NCBI GenBank assembly: GCA_052389415.1
Contig: JBQTHX010000067.1
Coordinates: 1 to 64,000, forward strand
DNA from: Nitrosopumilaceae archaeon
GTDB lineage: Archaea; Thermoproteota; Nitrososphaeria; Nitrososphaerales; Nitrosopumilaceae
DNA: 64,000 bases
Direction of reading: 5' to 3'
Both the position numbers and the translations under genes were made by a program. Of the stretch, positions 8,790-18,898 are shown piece after piece (positions within the stretch are counted from its first letter, which is position 1; each line of letters begins with the position of its first letter). The notes under the pieces are model-generated. The model worked only from the letters and a program-made list of their open reading frames with translations, made no database searches and was not told the origin of the DNA.

Positions 8790-10184
8790 TTATCCATTGT
8801 AAACATATCTTCGTTCCCCTCTACTTTCGGGAGCGTTTTCTACATCTACAAGAACAAACTCTTTTTTGCTTTCTAGGAAATTTTGCTGCGGTCCTCGTTT
8901 ATTTTCGTGGAGAGCTTCATATTCCTCAAGTGATAATTTTACCCTGTTGCCAATCTCGGCTTCCAGATTCATGTCCTTAACAATTTCTTTATATCCTGAT
9001 TGGATTACTCCACTAAATACCATCGCACTACTGCCACTGCCGTAAGAACCAAACCCAACTCTTTTTCCTTCAAGATCAGTTCCTTTTTGAAACTCAAATT
9101 CCAGACTGCTACGGAATCCAAGGTATAATGATGCTGTGTAAAGGTTTCCAATCATTTGTGATGCAATAAGTGAACTTGCAAGCTTTGTCTCATATGTATC
9201 TTGGAACTCGTCTGTCTTCGTAAATTTCTTGGTAAATTCATGATCTTTAGTCATAAATTCAGTATCTGCAAGAACCGATTCAATGGTTCCGCGGGGATCT
9301 TTTGGTGTGGGTTCATCCATTCCAATTTTATCAATTATTTTCTTCCACCTTGGAAGTTTGCGCCATTCATGCCTTAACAAGTAGGCAAGGGCTTTCTTTC
9401 CCATGTTACTATATGGAAGGTGCATGTTAAGAAGATCAATATGGTCCAAAATGGTTTCACCCTCTTTTAGTTTGATCAATCCAGTGCTAAGCGCTTTTTC
9501 TTTGTATGACATCAACGCCTTCTTTACCTGAATCAGATAAAGTAAGTTAGAATATTGTCCATGCACGATTGGAGTCTCTTTTCCAAAGGGTCTGTAGAAA
9601 TCATATTCGTTTTTAATCGAAGTAGACGTCACTTTTGGATCAAATTCTAATAATCTTGGTTTATCATTAACAAGCATTGCCACAGCGCCGGCACCTTGAG
9701 TATACTCACCGCTTGAACCCATGTCATACTTTGCAATGTCTGAAACCACAACTATAGCAGACTTGCCGCCAGCCTCTCCAGCTCTTATCCAGTTAGAATT
9801 ATCATATAGAGCATAAGAACCGCTAACACATGCAAATTTGCATTCTATTCCTCCACAATGTTCAAAGCTACCTTCACCGTAAACTTGTTCAAGCATTCCA
9901 ATTACGTATGAATTCATTGCCTTTGACTCGTCAAGTGACGATTCCGTTGCAACGTAAAGACGACCCACGTCTTTAGGAGATACTTTGTTTTTCTGCATTA
10001 TTCGTAAACACGCGTTGGCTGCCATACATGCAGGATCTTGGTTAGTATCAACTATAGCCATCTTTGATATTCCCAGTCCACGTTGAAGTTTGTCTGGGTC
10101 CATTCCACGTGCCTCTGCAAAATCCCGGGCATCAACAAATAGCCTTGGGATGTATATTGCGATGTCGTCTATTCCTACAGTCAA
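8790..10184 (-). CDS. hmgB: hydroxymethylglutaryl-CoA synthase
   Basis: VATES, ECKFACVSG catalytic Cys, TQGAGA, YDFYRP, HLPY, GNLYTASLY, SYGSG. Confidence 0.95.
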   Translation of the reverse strand: MTVGIDDIAIYIPRLFVDARDFAEARGMDPDKLQRGLGISKMAIVDTNQDPACMAANACLRIMQKNKVSPKDVGRLYVATESSLDESKAMNSYVIGMLEQVYGEGSFEHCGGIECKFACVSGSYALYDNSNWIRAGEAGGKSAIVVVSDIAKYDMGSSGEYTQGAGAVAMLVNDKPRLLEFDPKVTSTSIKNEYDFYRPFGKETPIVHGQYSNLLYLIQVKKALMSYKEKALSTGLIKLKEGETILDHIDLLNMHLPYSNMGKKALAYLLRHEWRKLPRWKKIIDKIGMDEPTPKDPRGTIESVLADTEFMTKDHEFTKKFTKTDEFQDTYETKLASSLIASQMIGNLYTASLYLGFRSSLEFEFQKGTDLEGKRVGFGSYGSGSSAMVFSGVIQSGYKEIVKDMNLEAEIGNRVKLSLEEYEALHENKRGPQQNFLESKKEFVLVDVENAPESRGERRYVYNG

Positions 10185-10289
10185 CAGCTACCACCTTCGT
10201 TATTACGAATATAAGCATTTTGAGGTCAAAATAGATATCTGCAAATTATAATTTTTATTCACTTTAATTCCAAACCGATCATAATTTTT

Positions 10290-11018
10290 TTACTTTTTAA
10301 GCGCTGACTCGAAGATTTTTTCAAATACCTCATAAGGTTGTGAGCCAACCACATTTGTAACTTCCCCATCCGGACTTATAATAAAGAAAGAAGGCGTGCC
10401 GCGGATTCCCAGTGCTTTGGCATGAGAGTTGTTCTCCTCAATTACAGAGTCATATCTGCCATCATTCATACATTCTTTAAACTTTTTTTCATCTAGTCCT
10501 ATTTGCTTTGCAAACTCGACAAGGTTATCATATGACGCCCAACCGTTATTTTCACCTGTCCAATGGTTGTACAGAGTATCATGGTATTCCCAGAACTTGC
10601 CTTCCTCGTTTGCGCAATGTGATGCATGTGCAGCACTAAAAGAATCTTCACCAATTATTGTGAAATCCTTGAAGATCATTTTGACTTTACCTGTATCAAT
10701 AAAATTTTTTTCAATTCCAGATTCTGTATTATGAAAGAATTTGTTACAATGAAAGCATTGGTAGTCTCCAAACTCTACCAAAGTTACTGTTGCAGAAGGC
10801 GAACCAAGCAATGCTGTTGCTTTGGCTGAAAAAAGTGAAAAATCAATTTTAGTTCCACCTGGTTTTGCTTGATCCATATTTTCTGGTTGAATCAATGTGA
10901 TATTATTTTCGTTTTCCAGCGAATTATTATCAAGGCTAATGAATACAACGATGGAAATTACTGCAATAACAATACCTATACCTACTGCCAAAATCCGAAT
11001 ATTCATTTGCTTCAGCAA
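10290..11018 (-). CDS. membrane-anchored DsbA-like thioredoxin
   Basis: N-terminal TM helix, EFGDYQCFHC, GTPSF. Confidence 0.9.
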   Translation of the reverse strand: MLKQMNIRILAVGIGIVIAVISIVVFISLDNNSLENENNITLIQPENMDQAKPGGTKIDFSLFSAKATALLGSPSATVTLVEFGDYQCFHCNKFFHNTESGIEKNFIDTGKVKMIFKDFTIIGEDSFSAAHASHCANEEGKFWEYHDTLYNHWTGENNGWASYDNLVEFAKQIGLDEKKFKECMNDGRYDSVIEENNSHAKALGIRGTPSFFIISPDGEVTNVVGSQPYEVFEKIFESALKK

Positions 11019-11083
11019 GTTTCTGCAGATATTTAGTTGTTCTTACAAGTATCTAAATAAAGAGGCCTATTTATCAAAAAATC

Positions 11084-12136
11084 ATGAAAAAGGTTTTTGT
11101 GAATGGCTATGGCGCAATTGGAAGTAGAATAACACAATTCATCGCAGAAGATTCTGATATTGAATTACTAGGCGTAGGAAAGTATTCTCCAGATGAAAAG
11201 GTAGCTGATGCTATTTCCAGGGGTTTCAATGTATATGTACCAAAGACCAAACTCGATGACTTTAAGAAATTTAGAGTCTCCGGCACGATAGAAGAAGTAC
11301 TTGACAAATCAGATTTGGTGATAGATGCATCCCCTGGAGGACATGGCTATGTAAATAAAAAAACACTATATGAATCAAGAAATGCGAAAGTAATTTTTCA
11401 AGGTGGTGAAAAAATTACAGGTGAAAAAGCAGTTGCAGATCTGATTTTTAACTCTAGAGCAAATTATGCTGATGCATTTGATAAAAAATTTGTAATGCAA
11501 GGAAGTTGTAATGTAACAGGAATGGGGCGAATTTTACAACCAATAAAAGAGAAATATGGATCAAGGATAAAGAGATTCGATGCAATACTTTTAAGACGCT
11601 GGGCGGATTTAGAAGATTCCAAAACAGAAGTCAGAGATTCAATTGAATGGACTAGAAAGCCACACCATAATGATGATGTTAAAAGCTACATGGGAAAAGA
11701 CACACCATTATTCATACGAGTGTTTAAGGTCCCAACAAGACAGATGCATGTTCATTTAATGGATATTAGATTTAACGGTCCTGCACCAAAATCATCAGAA
11801 ATACTGGATCTCTTCAAGAACGAATATGGAGTAGCAATTTTGTACACTGCTAAAGGCACAAAAGACATTCGTGATTTTGCAGAATCGACAAAGTTTAGTT
11901 TCAAAGATACCAATATGATTCACATACATGCTGATCTTTTGGAGGTACAAGATGACACTGTCAAACTCACTTATTCTGATGATCAAACAGGAATTGTGGT
12001 ACCAGAAAATCATTTACTTATGCAAGCTATGCTCTTTAAGCGAAGTTCAGTAGACGCCTTTAAACACACTGAAGAATTATTTCACATGGAAGAAAAGAAA
12101 CGATTACTTCAAGAACACTTCAAGCAACAGACATAA
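11084..12136 (+). CDS. gap: archaeal type II glyceraldehyde-3-phosphate dehydrogenase
   Basis: NGYGAIGSR, FQGGEK, SCNVTG catalytic Cys, IVVPEN. Confidence 0.92.
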   Translation: MKKVFVNGYGAIGSRITQFIAEDSDIELLGVGKYSPDEKVADAISRGFNVYVPKTKLDDFKKFRVSGTIEEVLDKSDLVIDASPGGHGYVNKKTLYESRNAKVIFQGGEKITGEKAVADLIFNSRANYADAFDKKFVMQGSCNVTGMGRILQPIKEKYGSRIKRFDAILLRRWADLEDSKTEVRDSIEWTRKPHHNDDVKSYMGKDTPLFIRVFKVPTRQMHVHLMDIRFNGPAPKSSEILDLFKNEYGVAILYTAKGTKDIRDFAESTKFSFKDTNMIHIHADLLEVQDDTVKLTYSDDQTGIVVPENHLLMQAMLFKRSSVDAFKHTEELFHMEEKKRLLQEHFKQQT

Positions 12137-12189
12137 GCATATAACTTTAAAACCAGAATCATCTAATTTCTCTTAGATAAGATTATACA

Positions 12190-13092
12190 TTGAGTGACTC
12201 AGATAAAGGTGAAAAGACGATAAGCAATATAGAAATTCTTAACAAAGGACAGCGTGCTGCTAGGCAGTCCGTCATTACTCTTGCTTGCATAGGAGTAGCT
12301 GAGCTAATAATATCATCATTCACTGGGAGCATTACCCTAACCGCTGACGGTATTGACTCCTTAGCAGACTCGATGATTTCATTTATTGTTTGGTTTGGCA
12401 TTTTAATGATAAGAAAACCAAGTAGCAAAATATTTCATTTTGGGTACAGAAAAGTGGAGGTTTTGGCAGCATTTATCGCAGCAATTATCATTGTAATTTT
12501 AGGTTTGTTTATTGCATATCACGCATTTCAAACTCTCTTCGAACCACGTCTGATTCGTTATCCTGAACTGACAATGATCACTTTGGTAGTTGCAGGAAGT
12601 ATTTCCTTACACAGGGCTTCTTTGATAAGAAAAGTAGCTATAGAATCTAATTTGATTTCGTTAAAACTTGATGCAAAAAACTCGATAAAAGATGGTACAT
12701 CGTCATTTGTAGGATTTGCTAGTATTTTGACTGCAACTTATTTTGGATTCACCTTCATGGATGCAATAGGCGGTATGATCATTGCCGGATACATCTTTTT
12801 TATGGCCTACACAGCAATTAAAGAATCGGCCTTGGTATTAGTGGATGCAGTACACAATCCTCAAATGACTGGTAAGATACAAGCAATAATTCTGGAAAAA
12901 TTTAAAATCAAAACAAATGATATATTCTTAAGGCCAGTTGGTCATGAATTTAATGCGGAAATTCACATAGTATTACCAAATGAAACAAGACTTGATGAAA
13001 CAAATAGACTCGTTAAGGACATATCTAATACTATAAAGAGAGATCTTCAGTTAGCACGCGTTGTTATTGTACCTGAACCAGAAATTCAGTAG
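12190..13092 (+). CDS. cation diffusion facilitator family transporter
   Basis: Six TM helices, LTADGIDSLAD, HFGYRKVE, cytosolic C-terminal domain. Confidence 0.9.
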   Translation: MSDSDKGEKTISNIEILNKGQRAARQSVITLACIGVAELIISSFTGSITLTADGIDSLADSMISFIVWFGILMIRKPSSKIFHFGYRKVEVLAAFIAAIIIVILGLFIAYHAFQTLFEPRLIRYPELTMITLVVAGSISLHRASLIRKVAIESNLISLKLDAKNSIKDGTSSFVGFASILTATYFGFTFMDAIGGMIIAGYIFFMAYTAIKESALVLVDAVHNPQMTGKIQAIILEKFKIKTNDIFLRPVGHEFNAEIHIVLPNETRLDETNRLVKDISNTIKRDLQLARVVIVPEPEIQ

Positions 13093-14430
13093 TTATGTCC
13101 TAGGAGGATTTGCAAATTTATTATTTGAATTTTTATGATAATCTACAGGTATGCTAGAATCTTTTTGTCTGCCTGTTAGAATTCCTACTACCACATCATC
13201 TTTTTTGATCACTTCATCGTCTCTAAGTTTTTTTACGCCTGCTGGAACTGCGCCCGATGCCATTTCACAATCAAATCCATTCAAACCAACAAGAGCCATT
13301 CCATCCATCATTTCCTGATCTGATACTTGTGTAACAACACCATTTGTGAATTCTAACGCCCGTAATCCTTTCAAAATATTAGCAGGCTTTGCAATTTGAA
13401 TTGCAGTTGCTTTTGTTTTAGGCCTAATACCATTTTTATCCATGTACGCATAAAATCTTTTTATTAGATCAGTATTTGGATTACCTTTATTCCAATGAAG
13501 CTCTGTTTCCTCAAATTTTCCATTGTAAAGAGTGTGTAATGTATTTGCACCTTCAGAGTTTACAACTGCTATACGAGGAATTTTTTTTATCCACCCCCAT
13601 TCGTATAATTCCATTAAACTTTTACCGCAACTAGAAGTGTTTCCTAGAGCACCTCCCGGATACACTATCCAATCTGGCGCATTCCAATCTAGTCTTTCAA
13701 GAGCCCTAAAAACAATAGTTTTTTGTCCTTCAATTCGGAATGGATTTACCGAGTTTACAGTATATCCTCCTACTTCATTTGCTTTTTCTAATGATGTTGA
13801 TAATGCATCGTCAAAGTTTCCTTTAATTTCAATTACTTGAGCACCAAATTGAAATGCTTGACTTAGTTTTCCTGGTGCCACTTCGCCAGCAGGTATGTAT
13901 ACATCACATTCAATATTTTCATTAGCGGCATACATTGCGGCTGAAGCAGATGTGTTTCCCGTAGATGCACAAATAATTTTTTTTATATTTACAAGTTTTG
14001 CATGAGTAACTGCCGTGGACATTCCATTATCTTTGAAAGAGCCACTTGGGTTGTAACCTTCAGGTTGAAGCCAGAAATTTTCATGTTCTAATCCTACAAA
14101 ATCTGCTACTTTTGACATATGGTACGGTTTTGACAACCTACCTTCGGCTCCATCCATGGAGACAAGATGCTTAGAACACGCTTCTGCATCTTCAGTATCT
14201 ATTTGACAAAAGTTTAACAGATCTCTGAATCTCCAAACTCCGCTTTCATTAAAGATATTGTTAGCATGGTTTCTTCTTTTGTAGAATACCTCCTTAAGGG
14301 AAGGTAATGGCGGTGTTTTGTATTTGACATCAAGTAAATGCCCTCGATCACATTCTATTCTGGTATCAGATACAAGATATTCCAGACCACAATGAGGATC
14401 TATACATTTGAGATAGACTGCCCGCATCAT
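13093..14430 (-). CDS. thrC: threonine synthase
   Basis: NPSGSFKDNG, CASTGNTSAS, NSVNPFRIEGQKT. Confidence 0.95.
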   Translation of the reverse strand: MMRAVYLKCIDPHCGLEYLVSDTRIECDRGHLLDVKYKTPPLPSLKEVFYKRRNHANNIFNESGVWRFRDLLNFCQIDTEDAEACSKHLVSMDGAEGRLSKPYHMSKVADFVGLEHENFWLQPEGYNPSGSFKDNGMSTAVTHAKLVNIKKIICASTGNTSASAAMYAANENIECDVYIPAGEVAPGKLSQAFQFGAQVIEIKGNFDDALSTSLEKANEVGGYTVNSVNPFRIEGQKTIVFRALERLDWNAPDWIVYPGGALGNTSSCGKSLMELYEWGWIKKIPRIAVVNSEGANTLHTLYNGKFEETELHWNKGNPNTDLIKRFYAYMDKNGIRPKTKATAIQIAKPANILKGLRALEFTNGVVTQVSDQEMMDGMALVGLNGFDCEMASGAVPAGVKKLRDDEVIKKDDVVVGILTGRQKDSSIPVDYHKNSNNKFANPPRT

Positions 14431-14713
14431 CTGATGATGAAGTCAAGTACTTATTTAAATCTAGAATCAGACAATTATTTTGCAATTTCTTGTAAATTAT
14501 CTAAATGTTAAAGTAACGTAGACACATAAATTGCCAATATAGTCATCCAATTTTTTAATTACTATTTTTGTTAGTAATTTAAGCCACAGTTTTATCGATC
14601 TTTTATTGGTCATCCCATTTCTATTATATCAAATTAATCAATCTGAATAATTTGCATAATTTTACGAATAATATCCTATAGCAGATCTGGCCATCTAAAA
14701 AGATAGTAAATAC

Positions 14714-15298
14714 ATGGATTTGGCAAGCACACTACAAGATAATCTAGTACCAATTTTCACCAGTTCTATTTCAATTGTGATAGTGATACAACTTACTACT
14801 ATTTTTCTGAGCATATTAGCCGCACTTCTTTTGGCAATAGCAATCAATAGAAGGATAAAAAATAAAGAAGACGACATAATTAAAAAACATACTTTAAGTT
14901 CTGTTCTAGAGGAGCTGACAGTTTTACAGTCAGCACTAAATAATTCGGAATTCAGATCAATTTCATGGGATCAAGATCAAAAGCACTTTATCGGAAATTG
15001 GATTTTGATGGAATCCGATTCATTCGAAGCTAGTGTAAATTCAGGTAATTTTACTCTACTTTCACCTAATTTGCAGAACACACTAAGTCGTCTGTATTTA
15101 GGAATAAAGAATAATAATTTTCTGTATTTTCAGGTAGCAAAATTTTATTCTATGAACATCTATCTTTCAGATTCAGTTGATACAGTAGCAACAAAAATAA
15201 CTGAAAACATGAACAAAAACATTGTTGAGATTCGAAAAGGGATTAAAGACATAATCCCAAAGCTAGAAACAGCAAAAAAATATAGTCGATATTTGTAA
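14714..15298 (+). CDS. hypothetical membrane protein
   Basis: 194-aa ORF with N-terminal hydrophobic helix. Confidence 0.7.
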   Translation: MDLASTLQDNLVPIFTSSISIVIVIQLTTIFLSILAALLLAIAINRRIKNKEDDIIKKHTLSSVLEELTVLQSALNNSEFRSISWDQDQKHFIGNWILMESDSFEASVNSGNFTLLSPNLQNTLSRLYLGIKNNNFLYFQVAKFYSMNIYLSDSVDTVATKITENMNKNIVEIRKGIKDIIPKLETAKKYSRYL

Positions 15299-15410
15299 TA
15301 TCGCCAAAATCACATGATGAGAATATGATTTTATAGATATGACCTTCAATTGCAAACGGAGTTTGTCAAAAAAATGACATACAACTTTACAATAAAACAA
15401 TAATATGTAA

Positions 15411-15902
15411 TTGTGCCATATGCCGATAATTCATGAAGAATGCGATGCTTCCAGTGTGGAAATTGAACAAAAACTAAGATCTAACAAAACTAAACCTCAA
15501 ACCGCGCTACATGACGATAAAGATAGAGTCGAACATCTTTGCAATAAAGTTGTAACAGAATCTGCTGGAAGTGGCTCAAATAAAATAGTGAAAAATACGA
15601 ATTTCCAAATTTCTAAATTAGCAGAATCAATGGCAAAGATGACTGCAGCTACAATGCACAAAGTAGAAAAAGAAAAAAGTACACGAATTTCTAAATTAGC
15701 AGAATCGATGACAAGGATGACTGAAGCCACTTTGCAAAAAATTGAACAAAGCGAAGCTGAAAAGATTTCTAAAATAATCGAAAACATGCCCGTGGTTGTA
15801 AAGGCAACCAGTAACGAATTCGTTTCATTTTCTGTTAATTTTAGAACAGAGATTAAGAATCCAAGATTAAAAGAAAATTCAAACCAACCCTGGTTTCAAT
15901 AG
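15411..15902 (+). CDS. hypothetical protein with 26-aa internal repeats
   Basis: ISKLAESM..MT.AT..K repeated at a 78-bp period. Confidence 0.65.
   Translation: MCHMPIIHEECDASSVEIEQKLRSNKTKPQTALHDDKDRVEHLCNKVVTESAGSGSNKIVKNTNFQISKLAESMAKMTAATMHKVEKEKSTRISKLAESMTRMTEATLQKIEQSEAEKISKIIENMPVVVKATSNEFVSFSVNFRTEIKNPRLKENSNQPWFQ
15609..15790 (+). repeat. in-frame 78-bp tandem repeat, about 2.3 copies
   Basis: ATTTCTAAA unit starts at 15609, 15687 and 15765; first two copies share ATTTCTAAATTAGCAGAATC. Confidence 0.85.
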
Positions 15903-15954
15903 TTCTTGTAATATTGCCTTGTTATTATAATGATAATTTTACAAAAGTAGTTTT

Positions 15955-16068
15955 CTATCTTTTTGGACCTGATCTAGTATGGAAATTAATACAACATTTG
16001 CATTCTTTTGAGATACATTCTTTCTCAGAAGGATGACCACAAATACCACATTCACAGTGAGTTTGCAT
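15955..16068 (-). CDS. Cys/His-rich metallothionein-like microprotein (37 aa)
   Basis: Hand translation MQTHCECGICGHPSEKECISKECKCCINFHTRSGPKR*; TTATATTA 21-28 bp upstream. Confidence 0.75.
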   Translation of the reverse strand: MQTHCECGICGHPSEKECISKECKCCINFHTRSGPKR

Positions 16069-16138
16069 GCATAGTAATACGATTCATGTAATATAACCAT
16101 TCAACGAGTATTTTTCTGATTTTTGACTCAAGATATTA

Positions 16139-16486
16139 TTACTTTTTTGGTTTTTTCTTATTTTTAGGAACTTTAGATGAGCCTTTACTTGATTTTTCTG
16201 TTGTTTCAGATTTTTTTGATTCTGCTACCTCTTTAGATTTTTCTTCAACTACTTTCATTATTGCTTGGATTACTCCGTCTAAATCATTATCAGATACCTC
16301 TGGTTCTACATAGCCAGCAAGTTGATTTATGGTATTAGAAATAGCAGAACTTACTTCTTCAAAACTTTCAGGATCCTCATAGGCTGCATTATAAAGAGCT
16401 TTGAGACGCCTTGCATCCATAATCGATTGATCAGTTAGTCTAAGATTGAATTTCTTTCCATTTACAGTAATTTCTTGAATTATCAT
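16139..16486 (-). CDS. hypothetical protein with Lys-rich tail
   Basis: ORF; start placed at ATG 16486 (MIIQEIT) downstream of a TTTATG box. Confidence 0.75.
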   Translation of the reverse strand: MIIQEITVNGKKFNLRLTDQSIMDARRLKALYNAAYEDPESFEEVSSAISNTINQLAGYVEPEVSDNDLDGVIQAIMKVVEEKSKEVAESKKSETTEKSSKGSSKVPKNKKKPKK

Positions 16487-16565
16487 GTGTGCACTTTTCA
16501 GCCTTCTTTCATAAAGGTTTCTGTGTGAAAACAACTAATAAGAGAATAGCGATGGTCAGTCTTGG

Positions 16566-17465
16566 TTGGAAAGAAAAATTGCGAATAATGCTCAAAAGTA
16601 TTTTGTTACTGGCGTATCCATGATAACTTCCGTTGGACAGTCAGGTCCTAACGTTATGGCTGCGGAATGGACAATGCAAATTTCATACGATCCCTTTCTT
16701 ATTGCAGTTTTTATTCACGATGGATCTGTTACTCTAAAAAATATTCGTAAAACAAAAGAATTTGGAGTAAACGTAGCTTCGGAAAGCCAATCAGATCTTG
16801 TAAGCATTGCAGGCGGCTATTCGGGGTCGGAGATCAACAAACTTGAAATAAAAAATTCCTTTAAATTTCTAAAATCAAAATTTATCAGATCTCGTCTAAT
16901 AGCAAATTGTATTATAAATGCAGAATGTAAATTATTTTCTACTAAAAAATTAGGTGATCATGTGATGGTGATTGGCAAAGTAATTGCAATCAGATACGAC
17001 AGAACGAGAAAACCGTTGCTTTATCACTCCAGAAGATACTATCAGATGGGCCCAAACATAGAACCCTCAAGAAAAACAGTTAGAGTAAATGGAGAAACTT
17101 TTCATTGGTTTTCAAACGAAGCAGAAGGCAAATTTATCCTAAAATGCAGTGCAGCAATAATAAAATCAGGCAAGAATGTGCTTCTACAAACGCATTCTAA
17201 AGGAAAAGTTACCTATGAAACTATTCCATATGTAAAGCCAAAACGTGGCACAGATTATTTGCACTTCTTACAAGAACATCTACAAAAAATAGGAATAAAG
17301 ACAAGATTAAAATCAAAACCAATAGTCAAGAAACTAATCTTACAAAATAAAAAAAAGATACAGAGAATAAACTTTGTTTTATTTGAAGGATATTTGCCAA
17401 AACCTTTGCCTCAAATTCTTAGGAATAAAAACAATGATGATTTATTAAAAGCAATTTACGATTAA
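16566..17465 (+). CDS. flavin reductase-like protein with extra C-terminal domain
   Basis: TGVSMIT, NVMAAEW, SYDP, EFGVN, ECK...GDH, PLLY. Confidence 0.85.
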   Translation: MERKIANNAQKYFVTGVSMITSVGQSGPNVMAAEWTMQISYDPFLIAVFIHDGSVTLKNIRKTKEFGVNVASESQSDLVSIAGGYSGSEINKLEIKNSFKFLKSKFIRSRLIANCIINAECKLFSTKKLGDHVMVIGKVIAIRYDRTRKPLLYHSRRYYQMGPNIEPSRKTVRVNGETFHWFSNEAEGKFILKCSAAIIKSGKNVLLQTHSKGKVTYETIPYVKPKRGTDYLHFLQEHLQKIGIKTRLKSKPIVKKLILQNKKKIQRINFVLFEGYLPKPLPQILRNKNNDDLLKAIYD

Positions 17466-17821
17466 ATTACAATATAATCTAACGCCACGGCGTCGCTTAT
17501 CAACAGAGTGTGACGTGTACTTAGAATGTAACCATTTTTTACATCAGTAGTTTGCACCCATCTGTTTGTTGAGCTATAATGTCTTTTTGTTTTCATTTCT
17601 TCTTCAATAACTTTTAAATCAAATTCAGCTTCCTCAATTTGTTGTGTTTGGAGGTGTTTTACAGTAACAAGAATTTTCTTTACCTTAATTCTGATTCCAA
17701 ATTTCCAGTTGTGATCAGATGCATCGTCTTCAACTTCAAGCAACTTTATTTTTATCTCCTTAGTGCCCAATGCATCATGACTTATGAGACTGCGTTCATC
17801 TACAAAATCTTCAAAACTCAA
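17462..17821 (-). CDS. hypothetical protein
   Basis: 119-aa ORF directly downstream of hjc. Confidence 0.75.
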   Translation of the reverse strand: MSFEDFVDERSLISHDALGTKEIKIKLLEVEDDASDHNWKFGIRIKVKKILVTVKHLQTQQIEEAEFDLKVIEEEMKTKRHYSSTNRWVQTTDVKNGYILSTRHTLLISDAVALDYIVI

Positions 17822-17843
17822 TAATTTACTTCAAACGTGGTTA

Positions 17844-18464
17844 TTAAAGAAGGATTCGATTCTCCAGTAAGTTTTTTTGAAATGGCATCTGATAGTCTTT
17901 TAGTCCTAATCTTTGTCTCTTACTATCAACGATGACAAAAGTTTCTCCATCGTATGTGCAAATAAAATCAGTAATATCTTTAGATTCATCCCACACTTTA
18001 TAAAATTCTCTTAGTTGACGATGCTCATATTTTCCAGTAGCTATCCTTTTTTTTGATAAAAACTTGAAAGCGATTATCACCTTTCTAGTTTTATAGAGTT
18101 CAAAAGTATGTATCCATTTCAAACATCGAGTAATTTGATCAAAAGGAACTTGTAATGAGGTGCTAGTGCCTGACTTTGCCTCAATTGTAAATAGAGTATT
18201 TGCATTGTTGCTTACCACCAAAATATCAGGCAATGCTACACTTGGAGAACCTAGTCGAAATGCCTTCCATCCATTCAATGAGTTAAATCGTTTTACCAAC
18301 GTATCTTCCCAAGCATAACCCCTTTGTCTCCTTGTTCTGGCAATCTTTTTGTTTTTTTCAGTAACAAAACTTTGCGATTTTAGCCTTGATTGGTTACGCT
18401 TTTTTGAATTACCGTGGATCTTTAATAAAGCTAAATTGTTAGATGTTTCTTTAAAGGACAACAT
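17844..18464 (-). CDS. hjc: Holliday junction resolvase, Hjc family
   Basis: RGYxWE...AFR...PDILV...IEAK PD-(D/E)xK motif. Confidence 0.85.
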   Translation of the reverse strand: MLSFKETSNNLALLKIHGNSKKRNQSRLKSQSFVTEKNKKIARTRRQRGYAWEDTLVKRFNSLNGWKAFRLGSPSVALPDILVVSNNANTLFTIEAKSGTSTSLQVPFDQITRCLKWIHTFELYKTRKVIIAFKFLSKKRIATGKYEHRQLREFYKVWDESKDITDFICTYDGETFVIVDSKRQRLGLKDYQMPFQKNLLENRILL

Positions 18465-18494
18465 AATTACCTAATATTTTCACATATAGAATAG

Positions 18495-18516
18495 TTGGTA
18501 ATTATATGATTACCAA
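18495..18516. promoter_or_regulatory. dyad operator-like site in the hjc promoter
   Basis: TTGGTAAT-TATATG-ATTACCAA next to a TATA-like TTCTATAT; further half-site over the start codon. Confidence 0.5.
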
Positions 18517-18568
18517 GTTAAAGTTTGACATAATACTCAACGATAGCACAATTTGTGATAGGATTAGA

Positions 18569-18898
18569 TCATTCAAGTGGCACTAACTGGAAAACAAATT
18601 CGTCTTTTCCGCCACTATTGTATTTTATTAACTTCACAGATTGTCCTAAAAGAGGCATAACATTGCATTCTAAAGAACCAATAATTCGTATCTCATTTTC
18701 AAATTCTGCTATACAAAATACATCATCATCTTTTTTTGAAAACTCGATTACTTTTCCCATAGATGAAACAGGTCTCCATGTCACTTCTCCAAAGCAGTTG
18801 TTACAGTAATTGTTAGGAGGCCATACTAATTTGTTGCATCTTTGACACTCGCTACAAACAAATTTTCTCTTGCTATGCTCATCTTCAAACTCTGTCAT
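18569..18898 (-). CDS. DUF35 zinc-ribbon/OB-fold thiolase partner
   Basis: CQRC...WPP..YCNNC...GKV; overlaps the thiolase stop. Confidence 0.88.
   Translation of the reverse strand: MTEFEDEHSKRKFVCSECQRCNKLVWPPNNYCNNCFGEVTWRPVSSMGKVIEFSKKDDDVFCIAEFENEIRIIGSLECNVMPLLGQSVKLIKYNSGGKDEFVFQLVPLE

Noticed and set aside
14431-14713. Long AT-rich intergenic region as origin or ncRNA
   Set aside because: No ORB-like motif, no cdc6 neighbour and no convincing structure
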